Part shown: positions 42,422 to 51,989 of the stretch, piece after piece
How the letters are laid out: each line of letters opens with the position of its first letter
Numbering within the stretch: position 1 is the first letter of the stretch
DNA from: Candidatus Melainabacteria bacterium SSGW_16
GTDB taxonomy: Bacteria > Cyanobacteriota > Vampirovibrionia > 2-02-FULL-35-15
Reading direction: 5' to 3'
DNA: 64,000 nucleotides
NCBI GenBank assembly: GCA_004769085.1
Contig: DUDS01000010.1
Span: forward strand, 688 to 64,687
The notes under the pieces: model-generated
Databases searched by the model: none
The model's input: only the letters and a program-made list of their open reading frames with translations
What the model was told of the DNA's origin: nothing
Translations under genes and position numbers: made by a program

Positions 42422-44215
42422 TTAAACACTAACTAACTGCTTTTTTTTTGAGCCTAGTTTTTTAAATTCCTTTACTATATACTCACCGGTAAACGGTTCT
42501 CCATCCCAGCGATTTATATGTTCTATAATCTCAAACGCAGTCTCTGCAAGGATTTGACGGCATAGCGAATTACACATATTAGCTTCAACCGATATTAAAC
42601 GTTTACATTTTTTAAGTACTGCAAGTGTTTTTTCACGAGGCATTGGATAAATATCCGTAAAATTAATGTGATTTACTTTGATACCCTCACCAGTAAGCAT
42701 TCTTATAGCTGATTTAACATAGGCATAAGTTGAACCCCAGGTAACAAAAGTAGTATCAGCATTTACATCACCCTCCAGGACTGGTGGCTTGGCATCACCA
42801 GCTTCTATCATAGTTTGTACCTTATGCATACGTTTAGCATGCATTTTAATTCGCGCTTCACGTGCATGCGGCAAACCTGCTTCTACATCAGACATAAGAT
42901 GCCCATATTCATTATGTTCATCACTTACCCCCACATACATAGCACCTGGAGTTCCTGGTCTTACCCTAGGAGAGATTCCATCTTCACTGTAAGCATAACG
43001 TTTATACTTTTCACTACTATTCCATTCTGTAGTAAATTTTCCTCTCTCTATAGTAATTTTTGAGAAATCCAAATCATCTACAGTTTCAAAGTGTTCTGAT
43101 AAAAAGAAATCACTTATTAATATAACTGGCACTTGATATTTTTCAGCAATATTTAAAGCACGAGCTGACTGATAAAAACAATCTTCCAAATCTTTTGGTG
43201 CCAGGATAAACTTAGGGAATTCACCATTGCCGCTCATTGCAAGATTGATATCAGCTTGTTCTTGTTTAGTAGGAACTCCGGTAGATGGACCGCCCCGTTG
43301 AACCAGGACAGCAACTACAGGCGCTTCTAACATTCCAGCAAATCCCAGTGCTTCTACCATGAGACAAAAACCACCACCTGCTGTACCCACCGCTGCACGA
43401 GCACCAGCATGTCCAGCACCAATAGCATAGTTAATTGCTGCAAGCTCATCTTCTACCTGTTTAATAATTAATTTATCTGATTGTGCCAGAGTAGAAACAT
43501 AGTGAAGGATACTTGTTGCCGGGCTCATTGGATAGGCAGCATAGAATTTTAGACCTCCTGCCACTAATCCCATTCCTATAGCTTCATTACCGGACATAAA
43601 AAGTTTGGCTTTGTTATCACCCTTAAGTTCAAGTCCAAGTGGTTTAACATTTGCTTTTGTCCACTCATAACCAAGATTAAATATTTTATGGTTTAGTTCA
43701 ACCACTCCTTCGCCCTTTTTCAGAAACTTGTGTTTTATAAACCCTAACGTAACTTCAGGATCCAGGTTAAGTATTTGATCCAAAGCACCAGCAAGCATTA
43801 CATTGATCATCACAGAGTTTACAGCAGTGAGTCCAGCAGCATCTACCATAGACTTAAAATCCAGACCATAGTAATTAACATCAGAGCGCAGAGACTCTAT
43901 CTCATCTTTTTTTATAGTACCAGCATTATAAAATACAACACCGCCTGGTTTCATATCCGGAACATGAACCGGTGGGGAAGTTTTATTAAATAACAACAAT
44001 ACTTCAACCCCTTCTCCGTGGTCAATCTGTTTTTCTTTTCCAATTGCCATTTGCAGCCAAACATGACCACCACGAATTGCAGACTGAAAAGAATTGTAGG
44101 CAAGGACATGTAAACCCATACGCGAACAGGTCTTACCAAGAAGCTCACCAGTAGACTGGATACCATCTCCAGCTGCACCTGCGATTCTAAGAATTACGTT
44201 ATTTTTGCTTGCCAT
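42422..44215 (-). CDS. korA: 2-oxoacid:ferredoxin oxidoreductase subunit alpha (gamma-alpha fusion)
   Basis: GAAGDGI, IRGGH, SGNEA, YPMSPAT, EDELAA and QRGGPSTGVPTKQEQAD motifs. Confidence 0.92.
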   Translation of the reverse strand: MASKNNVILRIAGAAGDGIQSTGELLGKTCSRMGLHVLAYNSFQSAIRGGHVWLQMAIGKEKQIDHGEGVEVLLLFNKTSPPVHVPDMKPGGVVFYNAGTIKKDEIESLRSDVNYYGLDFKSMVDAAGLTAVNSVMINVMLAGALDQILNLDPEVTLGFIKHKFLKKGEGVVELNHKIFNLGYEWTKANVKPLGLELKGDNKAKLFMSGNEAIGMGLVAGGLKFYAAYPMSPATSILHYVSTLAQSDKLIIKQVEDELAAINYAIGAGHAGARAAVGTAGGGFCLMVEALGFAGMLEAPVVAVLVQRGGPSTGVPTKQEQADINLAMSGNGEFPKFILAPKDLEDCFYQSARALNIAEKYQVPVILISDFFLSEHFETVDDLDFSKITIERGKFTTEWNSSEKYKRYAYSEDGISPRVRPGTPGAMYVGVSDEHNEYGHLMSDVEAGLPHAREARIKMHAKRMHKVQTMIEAGDAKPPVLEGDVNADTTFVTWGSTYAYVKSAIRMLTGEGIKVNHINFTDIYPMPREKTLAVLKKCKRLISVEANMCNSLCRQILAETAFEIIEHINRWDGEPFTGEYIVKEFKKLGSKKKQLVSV

Positions 44216-44392
44216 AGGTAATAGATCTTCGTTGTTATTTAGTAGATTATTTTAAATAATAATTCCTAATAATTATACAGGGATTTTGTACGGTTGAGAG
44301 GTTAAGTACAAAGCAAGATATACAGCATTTAAGCAAATATTTAAATTAAACTGATATACATTTTTCAATGGACTATTTTGGGTGTACTGTTG

Positions 44393-44701
44393 TTAAAAAA
44401 TTCCTAACTGATCCTTTGCTTCTTCTGAAGCCATTGTTTTAGGGTCCCATTTTGGTGTCCACACTAATTTAACTTCTGCATCTTCTATACCATTTACACT
44501 ACATGCTTTAGTATGAACTGCTGCCATAAGTTGTGGACCAACAGGACAAGCAGGGCTTGTAAGTGTCATGTGAACTATGGCCTTTTTCCCGTCATTTTCA
44601 AAACACACATCATATATAAGCCCTAAATCAACAACACTTATATTTAACTCCGGATCACGGACAGGTTTTAATGAATCTATTATTTCTTCTTTTGTAATCA
44701 T
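44393..44701 (-). CDS. sufT: DUF59 / SufT Fe-S cluster assembly factor
   Basis: DPELNISVVDLGLIY, TLTSPACP and W.P.W motifs. Confidence 0.9.
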   Translation of the reverse strand: MITKEEIIDSLKPVRDPELNISVVDLGLIYDVCFENDGKKAIVHMTLTSPACPVGPQLMAAVHTKACSVNGIEDAEVKLVWTPKWDPKTMASEEAKDQLGIF

Positions 44702-44713
44702 ATATGAATCACC

Positions 44714-45187
44714 TCATGAAATTTCAATGTGTTTATGACCAGCTAAAGCTTCATCAAATGTTGTCCAGGGTAAAAGTGCACATTTTATTCTAACCGGAAA
44801 TTTTTTCACTCCTTCAAGAGCTTCCAAATCACCTATGTCGAATTCTTCAGACAAAGAAACCCCATGCATCATATCCTTAAAATGAGCATAAATCAATTTT
44901 GCCTCATCTAAAGTTTTATTGTTTAATATTTCAGCCAACATTGAAGCAGATGCCACGCTTATTGAACAGCCATGACTATCTATAAATATCCTTTTTATCT
45001 TATTATTTTCTACTTCCAAAGCAAGTTTTACCTCATCACCACATAATGGATTCATGCCATCTGCCTGATAATGTATATGTTCAACAGGGATCCTTCCATG
45101 GGGGTGCCGATAATGCTCAAGTATAATTTCTTTATACAATTCATCAAGCTGCGGTAAAGATTTATTTGTCATAGTAATTACACTCAT
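44714..45187 (-). CDS. sufU: SUF system sulfur-transfer protein SufU
   Basis: LYKEIILEHY, NPLCGDE, GCSISVASAS and RIKCALL motifs. ATG 45187 follows the sufS stop. Confidence 0.93.
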   Translation of the reverse strand: MSVITMTNKSLPQLDELYKEIILEHYRHPHGRIPVEHIHYQADGMNPLCGDEVKLALEVENNKIKRIFIDSHGCSISVASASMLAEILNNKTLDEAKLIYAHFKDMMHGVSLSEEFDIGDLEALEGVKKFPVRIKCALLPWTTFDEALAGHKHIEIS

Positions 45188-45188
45188 A

Positions 45189-46463
45189 TTACCTTTTAGC
45201 ACCTTTTGGTTCATTTGAAACTAAATCCTTGCAAGCACCCAGTGCAAAATAATCAAAAGCAGACTTCAAAGCATTAATAAATATATCAACTTCTTGTTTT
45301 GTATTATAAAAATAAAAACTTGCTCTGCATGTAGCCTGAACTCCTAATTTTTTCATCAAAGGCTGGGCACAATGATGACCAGCTCGGATTGCTACACCAT
45401 ACTGATCAATAATTGTGGCAATATCATGAGGATGAACTACAGGGTTACTGAATGTTATAATACCTGCTCTGTTTTTAACATTTTCAGGCCCATATAATTT
45501 CAAGAAATCAAATTGTTTTATAGAATCAAGGGCATAGGATGTTAACTCACATTCATAATCGTATATATTTTGAATACCAATACTCTGTATATAATCAATT
45601 GCTTTTTCAAATGCAATAACATCAGCAATATTTGGTGTGCCTGCTTCATATTTCCACGGTAAATCATTTACTGTAAAATCATCAAATGTAACTTTTCTAA
45701 TCATCTCACCACCACCCATAAACGGCGGCATTTTTTCCAACAAATCTTTTTTACCAGCTAAGACACCAACACCAGTGGGTCCACACATTTTATGAGCAGA
45801 AAATACAATAAAATCACAACCCATTTCATTAAAGTTAATTCTCATATGTGGAACGCTTTGTGCAGCATCAACTATAAGTACAGCCCCTGCAGAATGTGCA
45901 ATATCTGATATCTTTTTAATGTCATTTACAGTGCCTAAAACATTGGATTTATGAGTTACAGAAATAATTTTTGTTTTTTTTGTTACCAGGCTTGAAAGTG
46001 CTTCATAATCAAGTTCATATTTATCTGTAATAGGAATAAATTTAATGGAAATATTTTTTCTGTTTTTCAGGATAAACCAGGGAACAATGTTTGAATGGTG
46101 TTCCATCTCTGAAATAAGGATTTCATCACCTTCATTCAGGCTCTCACCAAGAGTATATGAAAGGAGATTGAGTGATTCTGTGGCATTTCTTGTAAAGATT
46201 ATTTCAGTATTACTATCTGCATTAAGCAGCTTTCTGACTTTAAGTCTTACATTTTCATATGCAATTGTGGACTCTTCAGCTAATTTGTGTACTCCCCTGT
46301 GAATATTTGCATTAATATTCTCATAGTAATCTACAAGCGCATTTATAACTACACTTGGTTTTTGGGTGGTGGCTGCATTGTCAAAATATACAAGCTTTTT
46401 ATCACCCCAAATAATGCGCTTAAGTATAGGAAAGTCTTTTCTTATTTTCTCAATATCAAACAT
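45189..46463 (-). CDS. sufS: SufS cysteine desulfurase
   Basis: YFDNAATTQKP, NIHRGVH, EHHSN, SAHKMCGPTG and RAGHHCAQP motifs. Confidence 0.96.
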   Translation of the reverse strand: MFDIEKIRKDFPILKRIIWGDKKLVYFDNAATTQKPSVVINALVDYYENINANIHRGVHKLAEESTIAYENVRLKVRKLLNADSNTEIIFTRNATESLNLLSYTLGESLNEGDEILISEMEHHSNIVPWFILKNRKNISIKFIPITDKYELDYEALSSLVTKKTKIISVTHKSNVLGTVNDIKKISDIAHSAGAVLIVDAAQSVPHMRINFNEMGCDFIVFSAHKMCGPTGVGVLAGKKDLLEKMPPFMGGGEMIRKVTFDDFTVNDLPWKYEAGTPNIADVIAFEKAIDYIQSIGIQNIYDYECELTSYALDSIKQFDFLKLYGPENVKNRAGIITFSNPVVHPHDIATIIDQYGVAIRAGHHCAQPLMKKLGVQATCRASFYFYNTKQEVDIFINALKSAFDYFALGACKDLVSNEPKGAKR

Positions 46464-46531
46464 TTTTATATATCACTCCGCATTTTCAAGAAAATGCTCC
46501 GCTCTTATGTGCTAATTACTTGCGACGTTCC

Positions 46532-46557
46532 GGTTTGTCGCAAGACAAACCTTCACT
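46532..46557. repeat. short palindromic repeat GGTTTGTC-loop-GACAAACC-TTCACT
   Basis: Second copy at 63141-63168 differs only in the loop. Confidence 0.75.
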
Positions 46558-46561
46558 TGCG

Positions 46562-46903
46562 TCAAGTATCACCTCTCCTTTCATCCTCTTCAACCCTCAC
46601 CTCAAGTTCATCTCCACTATCAACAACCTTAAAAGTCCTAATTGGAGCAATAGCAGGCATTTTCGTAGCTGTGCCGGTTTTTACATCAAATCTTGCACCA
46701 TGCCTTGGGCATTCAATCTGACAGCCTTCCACAAGCTTCCCCTCTCCTGTTACAAGTTCACCATCATCATGAGAGCATACATCCTCTATTGCATAAAAAG
46801 TACCATTAACATTACAAACTACCACCTTAAAATCACCTATGTTAAATGATTTTCCAGTATCTGGTTTAATATCTGTTTTTTTTATTTTAACTTTGGTATC
46901 CAT
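46562..46903 (-). CDS. Rieske-type [2Fe-2S] ferredoxin
   Basis: CSH ... CPRHGARFD ligands. Confidence 0.92.
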   Translation of the reverse strand: MDTKVKIKKTDIKPDTGKSFNIGDFKVVVCNVNGTFYAIEDVCSHDDGELVTGEGKLVEGCQIECPRHGARFDVKTGTATKMPAIAPIRTFKVVDSGDELEVRVEEDERRGDT

Positions 46904-46905
46904 AT

Positions 46906-48090
46906 CTAACCTTTATTTAATTTCTGTTCTATTCTTGATTTAACCTGACCACTAATCAATGTATGTTCTGGTATTTTTAAAATTATTGGTTCAATAAATC
47001 CTTCAATTATAACTTTCTCTGCTTCTTTGTCAGAGAATCCACGAGACATCAAATAATAGATTTGTTCTTCATCTAAATGCCCCATGGTTACACCATGACT
47101 ACATTTTTTAACGTCATTGGTTAATATTTCAAGTTCAGGAATAGATTCAGCTTTTGCATTATCAGAAAGCAAAAGATTCCTGTTCTTTTGAGTAGCATCA
47201 CAACCTAAAGCATTAACAGCAATTTTAAGATTTCCTGTATATGCTGAATTAGCACTATCTTTTAGTGCAACTCTAAAATCCAGACCAGATATAGTATTAG
47301 AAGCAACATGATTAACAGTTATATGATGATCAAATCTCTGCTTTTCATTACCTAACACAATCCCGGATACCATAACAACTGAGTGTTCACCAACCAGCTT
47401 AGTTTCAGAATCAATTTTTGATACATTGCCACCTAAAGAAATAAAAGTATTTTCAAGCTGGGCTTGAGCACTAAGATTTGCTCTTTGGATTAAATGATAG
47501 TTTATTTTATTACCAACCATATTTAGATTAATAAAATCTAATTTTGCTCCATTACCCAAGAATATTTCAGTAACAATATTTACATCAGAAAGTATTTCAT
47601 CCTGAGAACAAACCTGTTCAACCAGCTTTACATCTACACCATCTTCTATATATATAAAATTTCTAACCGGATAAAAGGATTTGAGCTTCTCCATTGACAT
47701 CGTTAAAGAAACAGGATCATCAGATTGTTTATTTTTTTTTATATAAACGAAATATCCACTAACCCAGGTAGACTCGTTTAGTAAGGAAAGTTTTAAATTC
47801 TTATTGTCTATAAGGCTTCCAAATTTTTCCCTCATTAAATCTTCATATTTCTTTATTCCATCAAGAATATGCAATACTTCTACCCCAGGTTCAGAATACC
47901 TCCACATTCCAATCTCAGAAACGCTTTCAACAGTAGTGATTTGTGGATTAAAAATCGCCGGATCGGTATATTTCCATAAATGACTTACTCTATCTGGCAA
48001 CAGTTCAACTTCAAAAGCCTGCTTAGCAGCTTTTCTTTTTTCTATTAACCATTGCGGCTCACTTACTTTTTCTGCTAACTTTTGTCCCAT
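46906..48090 (-). CDS. sufD: Fe-S cluster assembly protein SufD
   Basis: WKYT, PELEI..DV.CSHG and YYLMSRG motifs; operon position. Confidence 0.92.
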   Translation of the reverse strand: MGQKLAEKVSEPQWLIEKRKAAKQAFEVELLPDRVSHLWKYTDPAIFNPQITTVESVSEIGMWRYSEPGVEVLHILDGIKKYEDLMREKFGSLIDNKNLKLSLLNESTWVSGYFVYIKKNKQSDDPVSLTMSMEKLKSFYPVRNFIYIEDGVDVKLVEQVCSQDEILSDVNIVTEIFLGNGAKLDFINLNMVGNKINYHLIQRANLSAQAQLENTFISLGGNVSKIDSETKLVGEHSVVMVSGIVLGNEKQRFDHHITVNHVASNTISGLDFRVALKDSANSAYTGNLKIAVNALGCDATQKNRNLLLSDNAKAESIPELEILTNDVKKCSHGVTMGHLDEEQIYYLMSRGFSDKEAEKVIIEGFIEPIILKIPEHTLISGQVKSRIEQKLNKG

Positions 48091-48115
48091 CGATCTTCCG
48101 CTTTAACTCCTGGCT

Positions 48116-49522
48116 TTAACCAACAGAACCTTCCATCTCAAGTTCTATTAGTCTGTTTAATTCAACTGCATACTCCATAGGCAGCTCTTTTACAAATGGT
48201 TCCATAAAGCCGTTAACTATCATTAACTTAGCTTGATCTTCGCCTAAACCTCTGCTCATAAGATAAAATAATTTCTCATCCTCAATTTTGCTTACTGTAG
48301 CTTCATGTTCTATTTTTACATCATTTTCATAAATTTCCATAGTAGGATAAGTATCTGATCTTGAATTTGCATCAAGCATTAATGCATCACATTTAACAGT
48401 AGATTTCACACCAGTTGCACCTTTGTGTACTTTTAAAAGTCCCCTGTAACTTGCTCTGCCACCATTCCGGGAAATTGATTTTGAGGTAATAACAGATGTA
48501 GTATTTGGTGCAGCATGGATAATTTTTGCACCGGCATCCTGATGCTGATCACTGCCGCTTGCCAGAGCAACAGATACAACCTCACCATGTGCTCTTTCAC
48601 CAATAAGATAAATCGAGGGATATTTCATGGTTAGTTTTGAACCCATGTTTCCATCCAGCCACTCAACTACTGCTCCTTCATGAGCAACTGCCCTTTTAGT
48701 TACAAGGTTAAAAACATTTTTTGACCAGTTTTGAATTGTGGTATATCTGATTTTTGCATTTTTAAGTGCAATTAACTCAACAACAGCTGAGTGCAATGAA
48801 TCTGAACTATAGGTAGGAGCAGTACAACCTTCTATATAATGAACTGAACTACCCTCGTCAGCAATAATAAGAGTTCTTTCAAATTGCCCCATGTTTTCAG
48901 TGTTTATCCTGAAGTAAGCCTGTAAAGGCATCTCCACCTGTGTATTTGGAGGTACATAAATAAAAGAGCCTCCTGACCACACTGCACTGTTTAATGCTGC
49001 GAATTTGTTGTCTTCAGGTGGAATGATAGTAGCAAAATATTTTTTTACAATTTCAGGATACTCACGTAAACCGGTATCCATATCAAAGAAAAGGACACCA
49101 AGCTTTTCTAAATCTTCTCTAAGAGAATGATAAATAACTTCTGATTCATATTGTGCAGAAACACCAGCTAAGAATTTTCTTTCAGCTTCAGGTATACCAA
49201 GCCTGTCAAAGGTATTTTTAATATCTTTTGGTACTTCCTCCCATGTTTTACCTTGCTTTTCAGTAGGTTTTACATAGTAAAAAATATTTTCAAAATCTAT
49301 TTCATTTAAAAGCTTTGTATCTCCCCATTTTGGCATGGGTTTTTGGTTAAAAATATCAAGAGATCTTAACCGAAATTCAGTCATCCAATCCGGTTCTTTT
49401 TTCATTTTTGATATGTTTAAAACAACATCTTTAGTAAGACCTCTACCAGATTTAAAAGTATAGTTTTCAGTGTCATGAAAACCATATTTATATTCTTGAT
49501 CTTGATTTAAATCTAGTGTCAT
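48116..49522 (-). CDS. sufB: Fe-S cluster assembly protein SufB
   Basis: [31 protein letters not shown] and MEGSVG motifs. Confidence 0.97.
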   Translation of the reverse strand: MTLDLNQDQEYKYGFHDTENYTFKSGRGLTKDVVLNISKMKKEPDWMTEFRLRSLDIFNQKPMPKWGDTKLLNEIDFENIFYYVKPTEKQGKTWEEVPKDIKNTFDRLGIPEAERKFLAGVSAQYESEVIYHSLREDLEKLGVLFFDMDTGLREYPEIVKKYFATIIPPEDNKFAALNSAVWSGGSFIYVPPNTQVEMPLQAYFRINTENMGQFERTLIIADEGSSVHYIEGCTAPTYSSDSLHSAVVELIALKNAKIRYTTIQNWSKNVFNLVTKRAVAHEGAVVEWLDGNMGSKLTMKYPSIYLIGERAHGEVVSVALASGSDQHQDAGAKIIHAAPNTTSVITSKSISRNGGRASYRGLLKVHKGATGVKSTVKCDALMLDANSRSDTYPTMEIYENDVKIEHEATVSKIEDEKLFYLMSRGLGEDQAKLMIVNGFMEPFVKELPMEYAVELNRLIELEMEGSVG

Positions 49523-49531
49523 TTCATCTCC

Positions 49532-50293
49532 TTATAAAACACTTACCTGAGCTTTTTCAAGCCAGTCATATCCTCTTTTTTCAAGTTCAAGCGCAAGCTC
49601 TGGACCACCTGAATCAGCAATATTCCCATCAAGAAAAACATGCACTTTATCAGGCTTTATATAATCCAATATCCGCTGATAGTGAGTAACAAGAAGAATA
49701 CTGGTTTTAGGAAATTGTTTTTTAAAATTATTTATACTTTCAGCAACCAGTTTTAAAGAATCAATATCAAGTCCAGAATCAGGTTCATCCAGGATTACAA
49801 AACACGGCTCAAGCATTGACATCTGGAGTATTTCCATTCGTTTTTTTTCACCACCTGAAAAACCTTCGTTTATATATCTTGTTGCAAAAGAATAATCAAT
49901 TTCAAGTAAATCCATTTTTTCATATAGCCTTTTTCTGAAATCCTTTGGAGAAATATTATCTCCTTTCAAAACTTTAATTGCCTGCCTTATAAAATTTACT
50001 ACCGTAACACCAGGAATACTTATTGGATACTGAAACCCTAAAAACATTCCAAGTTTTGCTCTTTCATTTGATTTTAAATTATTAATATCAACCCCTTTAA
50101 AATTAATCTGTCCTTTTAAAATTTTATAAGCTGGATGCCCCATTAAAGTATTTGTAAAAGTACTTTTACCTGACCCATTTCTGCCCATAACTACATGAAT
50201 TTCACCTTCTTTTATACTCAAATTTAATCCATGCAAGATTTCTTTTTTATCAATCTCTACATGCAAATCTTTAATAGTTAATAATTCTGACAT
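49532..50293 (-). CDS. sufC: Fe-S cluster assembly ATPase SufC
   Basis: GRNGSGKST, FQYP, NEGFSGGEKKR and DEPDSGLDID motifs. ATG 50293 has a GGAG SD; alternative start 50314. Confidence 0.96.
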   Translation of the reverse strand: MSELLTIKDLHVEIDKKEILHGLNLSIKEGEIHVVMGRNGSGKSTFTNTLMGHPAYKILKGQINFKGVDINNLKSNERAKLGMFLGFQYPISIPGVTVVNFIRQAIKVLKGDNISPKDFRKRLYEKMDLLEIDYSFATRYINEGFSGGEKKRMEILQMSMLEPCFVILDEPDSGLDIDSLKLVAESINNFKKQFPKTSILLVTHYQRILDYIKPDKVHVFLDGNIADSGGPELALELEKRGYDWLEKAQVSVL

Positions 50294-50350
50294 TTTCTCC
50301 ACCTTATGATCCATTGATTTAAATCCCTGTCTAAAAATTCCTCCATAATT

Positions 50351-50375
50351 ATACTTGACAATTATCTCAACATTT
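50351..50375. promoter_or_regulatory. candidate Rrf2/IscR-type operator upstream of sufC
   Basis: ATACTTGACAATTATCTCAACATTT imperfect palindrome; its reverse complement aligns with 50928-50952. Confidence 0.45.
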
Positions 50376-50415
50376 AGATTATTTTTATATTCAAAATATT
50401 TGCTAATACCTCCTT

Positions 50416-50880
50416 TTAAGCATTAAACACTAGTTGTTTTTTTAAATATTTGGACAATAAATCTTCTTTTTCCATTAAATCCTTAAGTGTTACTTGTTTT
50501 AAAATACTAAATAAAATTTTAGATATTGATAACCAGACAGATCTTATAGAACAACAACTAATATGTACACACTGTAAATCATTACCAGGAAACTGCTGGC
50601 ATGACTGGGACTCAAATAGTTCTCCACTTAAAAACCTAATAACTTCATCTAGATAAATTTTTTCAGGAGGTTTTACAAGCTTATACCCTCCGTTTTTCCC
50701 TCTTACACTTTCAATAAAATTCCCTTGTCTTAATAAAGAAAGGAGTTTTGCAGCATAATCCGTTGTAATATGCTCTGCACCTGCAATACCCTCCAGAGAA
50801 GCAAGTTCATCCTTTGATGCTTGGTGTGCAACCTGCAACAAACACCTTAGTCCATATTCTTCCTGTGCCGTAATCTTCAT
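50416..50880 (-). CDS. Rrf2-family transcriptional regulator (IscR-like, Cys-containing)
   Basis: EYGLR, SVRGKNGGYKL wing and C-terminal Cys cluster; heads the suf operon. Confidence 0.92.
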   Translation of the reverse strand: MKITAQEEYGLRCLLQVAHQASKDELASLEGIAGAEHITTDYAAKLLSLLRQGNFIESVRGKNGGYKLVKPPEKIYLDEVIRFLSGELFESQSCQQFPGNDLQCVHISCCSIRSVWLSISKILFSILKQVTLKDLMEKEDLLSKYLKKQLVFNA

Positions 50881-50927
50881 TTTGTATAAAGTACTCCATT
50901 ACTTGGCTTATAGTAGTATTATACACC

Positions 50928-50952
50928 AATAGTTGAATTTTAAGTCAAGATT
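50928..50952. promoter_or_regulatory. candidate Rrf2/IscR-type operator between divergent rrf2 and iscA
   Basis: AATAGTTGAATTTTAAGTCAAGATT; overlaps a minus-strand TTGACT lying upstream of a TATAAT before rrf2. Confidence 0.45.
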
Positions 50953-51013
50953 AAGCAAAGTTGGGTATAATATAGTTGTAGGCAAGTTTTTAATAAGAAG
51001 TTAACATTAAACT

Positions 51014-51427
51014 ATGGAACAAGATGAAATAGTAAACCTAACACAAAGAGCAAAGGATCAATTAATCCAGCTCCTCAAACAGGATACAAATAACCCTGAT
51101 GGAGTCAGGCTTAGTCTTCTTGCAGGTGGTTGTTCTGGGCTATCTTATAACCTGGAGTTTGACAAGCTCAAAGAAAATGACGTTATTGCAGAACATGGAG
51201 AAATTAAAATACTCATTGACCCTAAAAGTGCTCTATATCTCTATGGAATTACATTAGATTTTCATGGCGGCTTAACGGGAAAGGGATTTACATTTGAGAA
51301 TCCAAATGCAAAAAAATCATGTGGTTGCGGCACATCATTTTCAGTGGACGATAAAGATATTACACTTCAATTTAAAAAAAATACAAACTCCAATATATGC
51401 CCTTCAGAAAGTAAAACCAGCAGTTAA
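51014..51427 (+). CDS. iscA: A-type Fe-S carrier (IscA/SufA/ErpA family)
   Basis: GGCSGLSY and NPNAKKSCGCGTSF motifs. Confidence 0.92.
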   Translation: MEQDEIVNLTQRAKDQLIQLLKQDTNNPDGVRLSLLAGGCSGLSYNLEFDKLKENDVIAEHGEIKILIDPKSALYLYGITLDFHGGLTGKGFTFENPNAKKSCGCGTSFSVDDKDITLQFKKNTNSNICPSESKTSS

Positions 51428-51512
51428 AGAATTATCTTGCCTCATCTGTATCAAAGTGTAGAAGTCAATACGAAAGGCAACATTTTCAAGTCATTTAAAG
51501 TCATATCCGGAT

Positions 51513-51989
51513 ATGACACCTGTAAAGAAAATTCTTAAAAAATCAGTTTTTATCTGGCTCCTTTTAATTTTAATCAACTCACGTGCATCAACAGCTTTGG
51601 CTAATAGTCTTCACGAAGATCTTAAAAACAAAGAAGCAATTGTTTTAGGAAAAATTACAAAAAAACAAATAATAAAATTAAACAACTATTACATAACAGA
51701 ATACAAACTAAAAATAAAAAATTGGATCTACAAAAAACCCTATATTGCAAACAGTAAAACAGTAACATTAAGAGTCTTAGGAGCCGATCTGCCGGACAAA
51801 GGGATAACTATTAAAGCATCCACCTCGCCAGATCATGTACCGTTCAATACCGATACAATTTTTATATTAAATAAAACTAAGCAAAAATATAAAGATATTT
51901 TTACTCTTTCAAAAAATAGCATCCTTAGCCCAAATAAAGAGGAGTACCTAAGCCACTTATTGCAAGGTATCCACAGGAGAAATTTATGA
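51513..51989 (+). CDS. hypothetical exported protein, stop/start overlapping the downstream matrixin-like gene
   Basis: Signal peptide (..TALA-N); ATGA overlap with the next ORF. Confidence 0.75.
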   Translation: MTPVKKILKKSVFIWLLLILINSRASTALANSLHEDLKNKEAIVLGKITKKQIIKLNNYYITEYKLKIKNWIYKKPYIANSKTVTLRVLGADLPDKGITIKASTSPDHVPFNTDTIFILNKTKQKYKDIFTLSKNSILSPNKEEYLSHLLQGIHRRNL

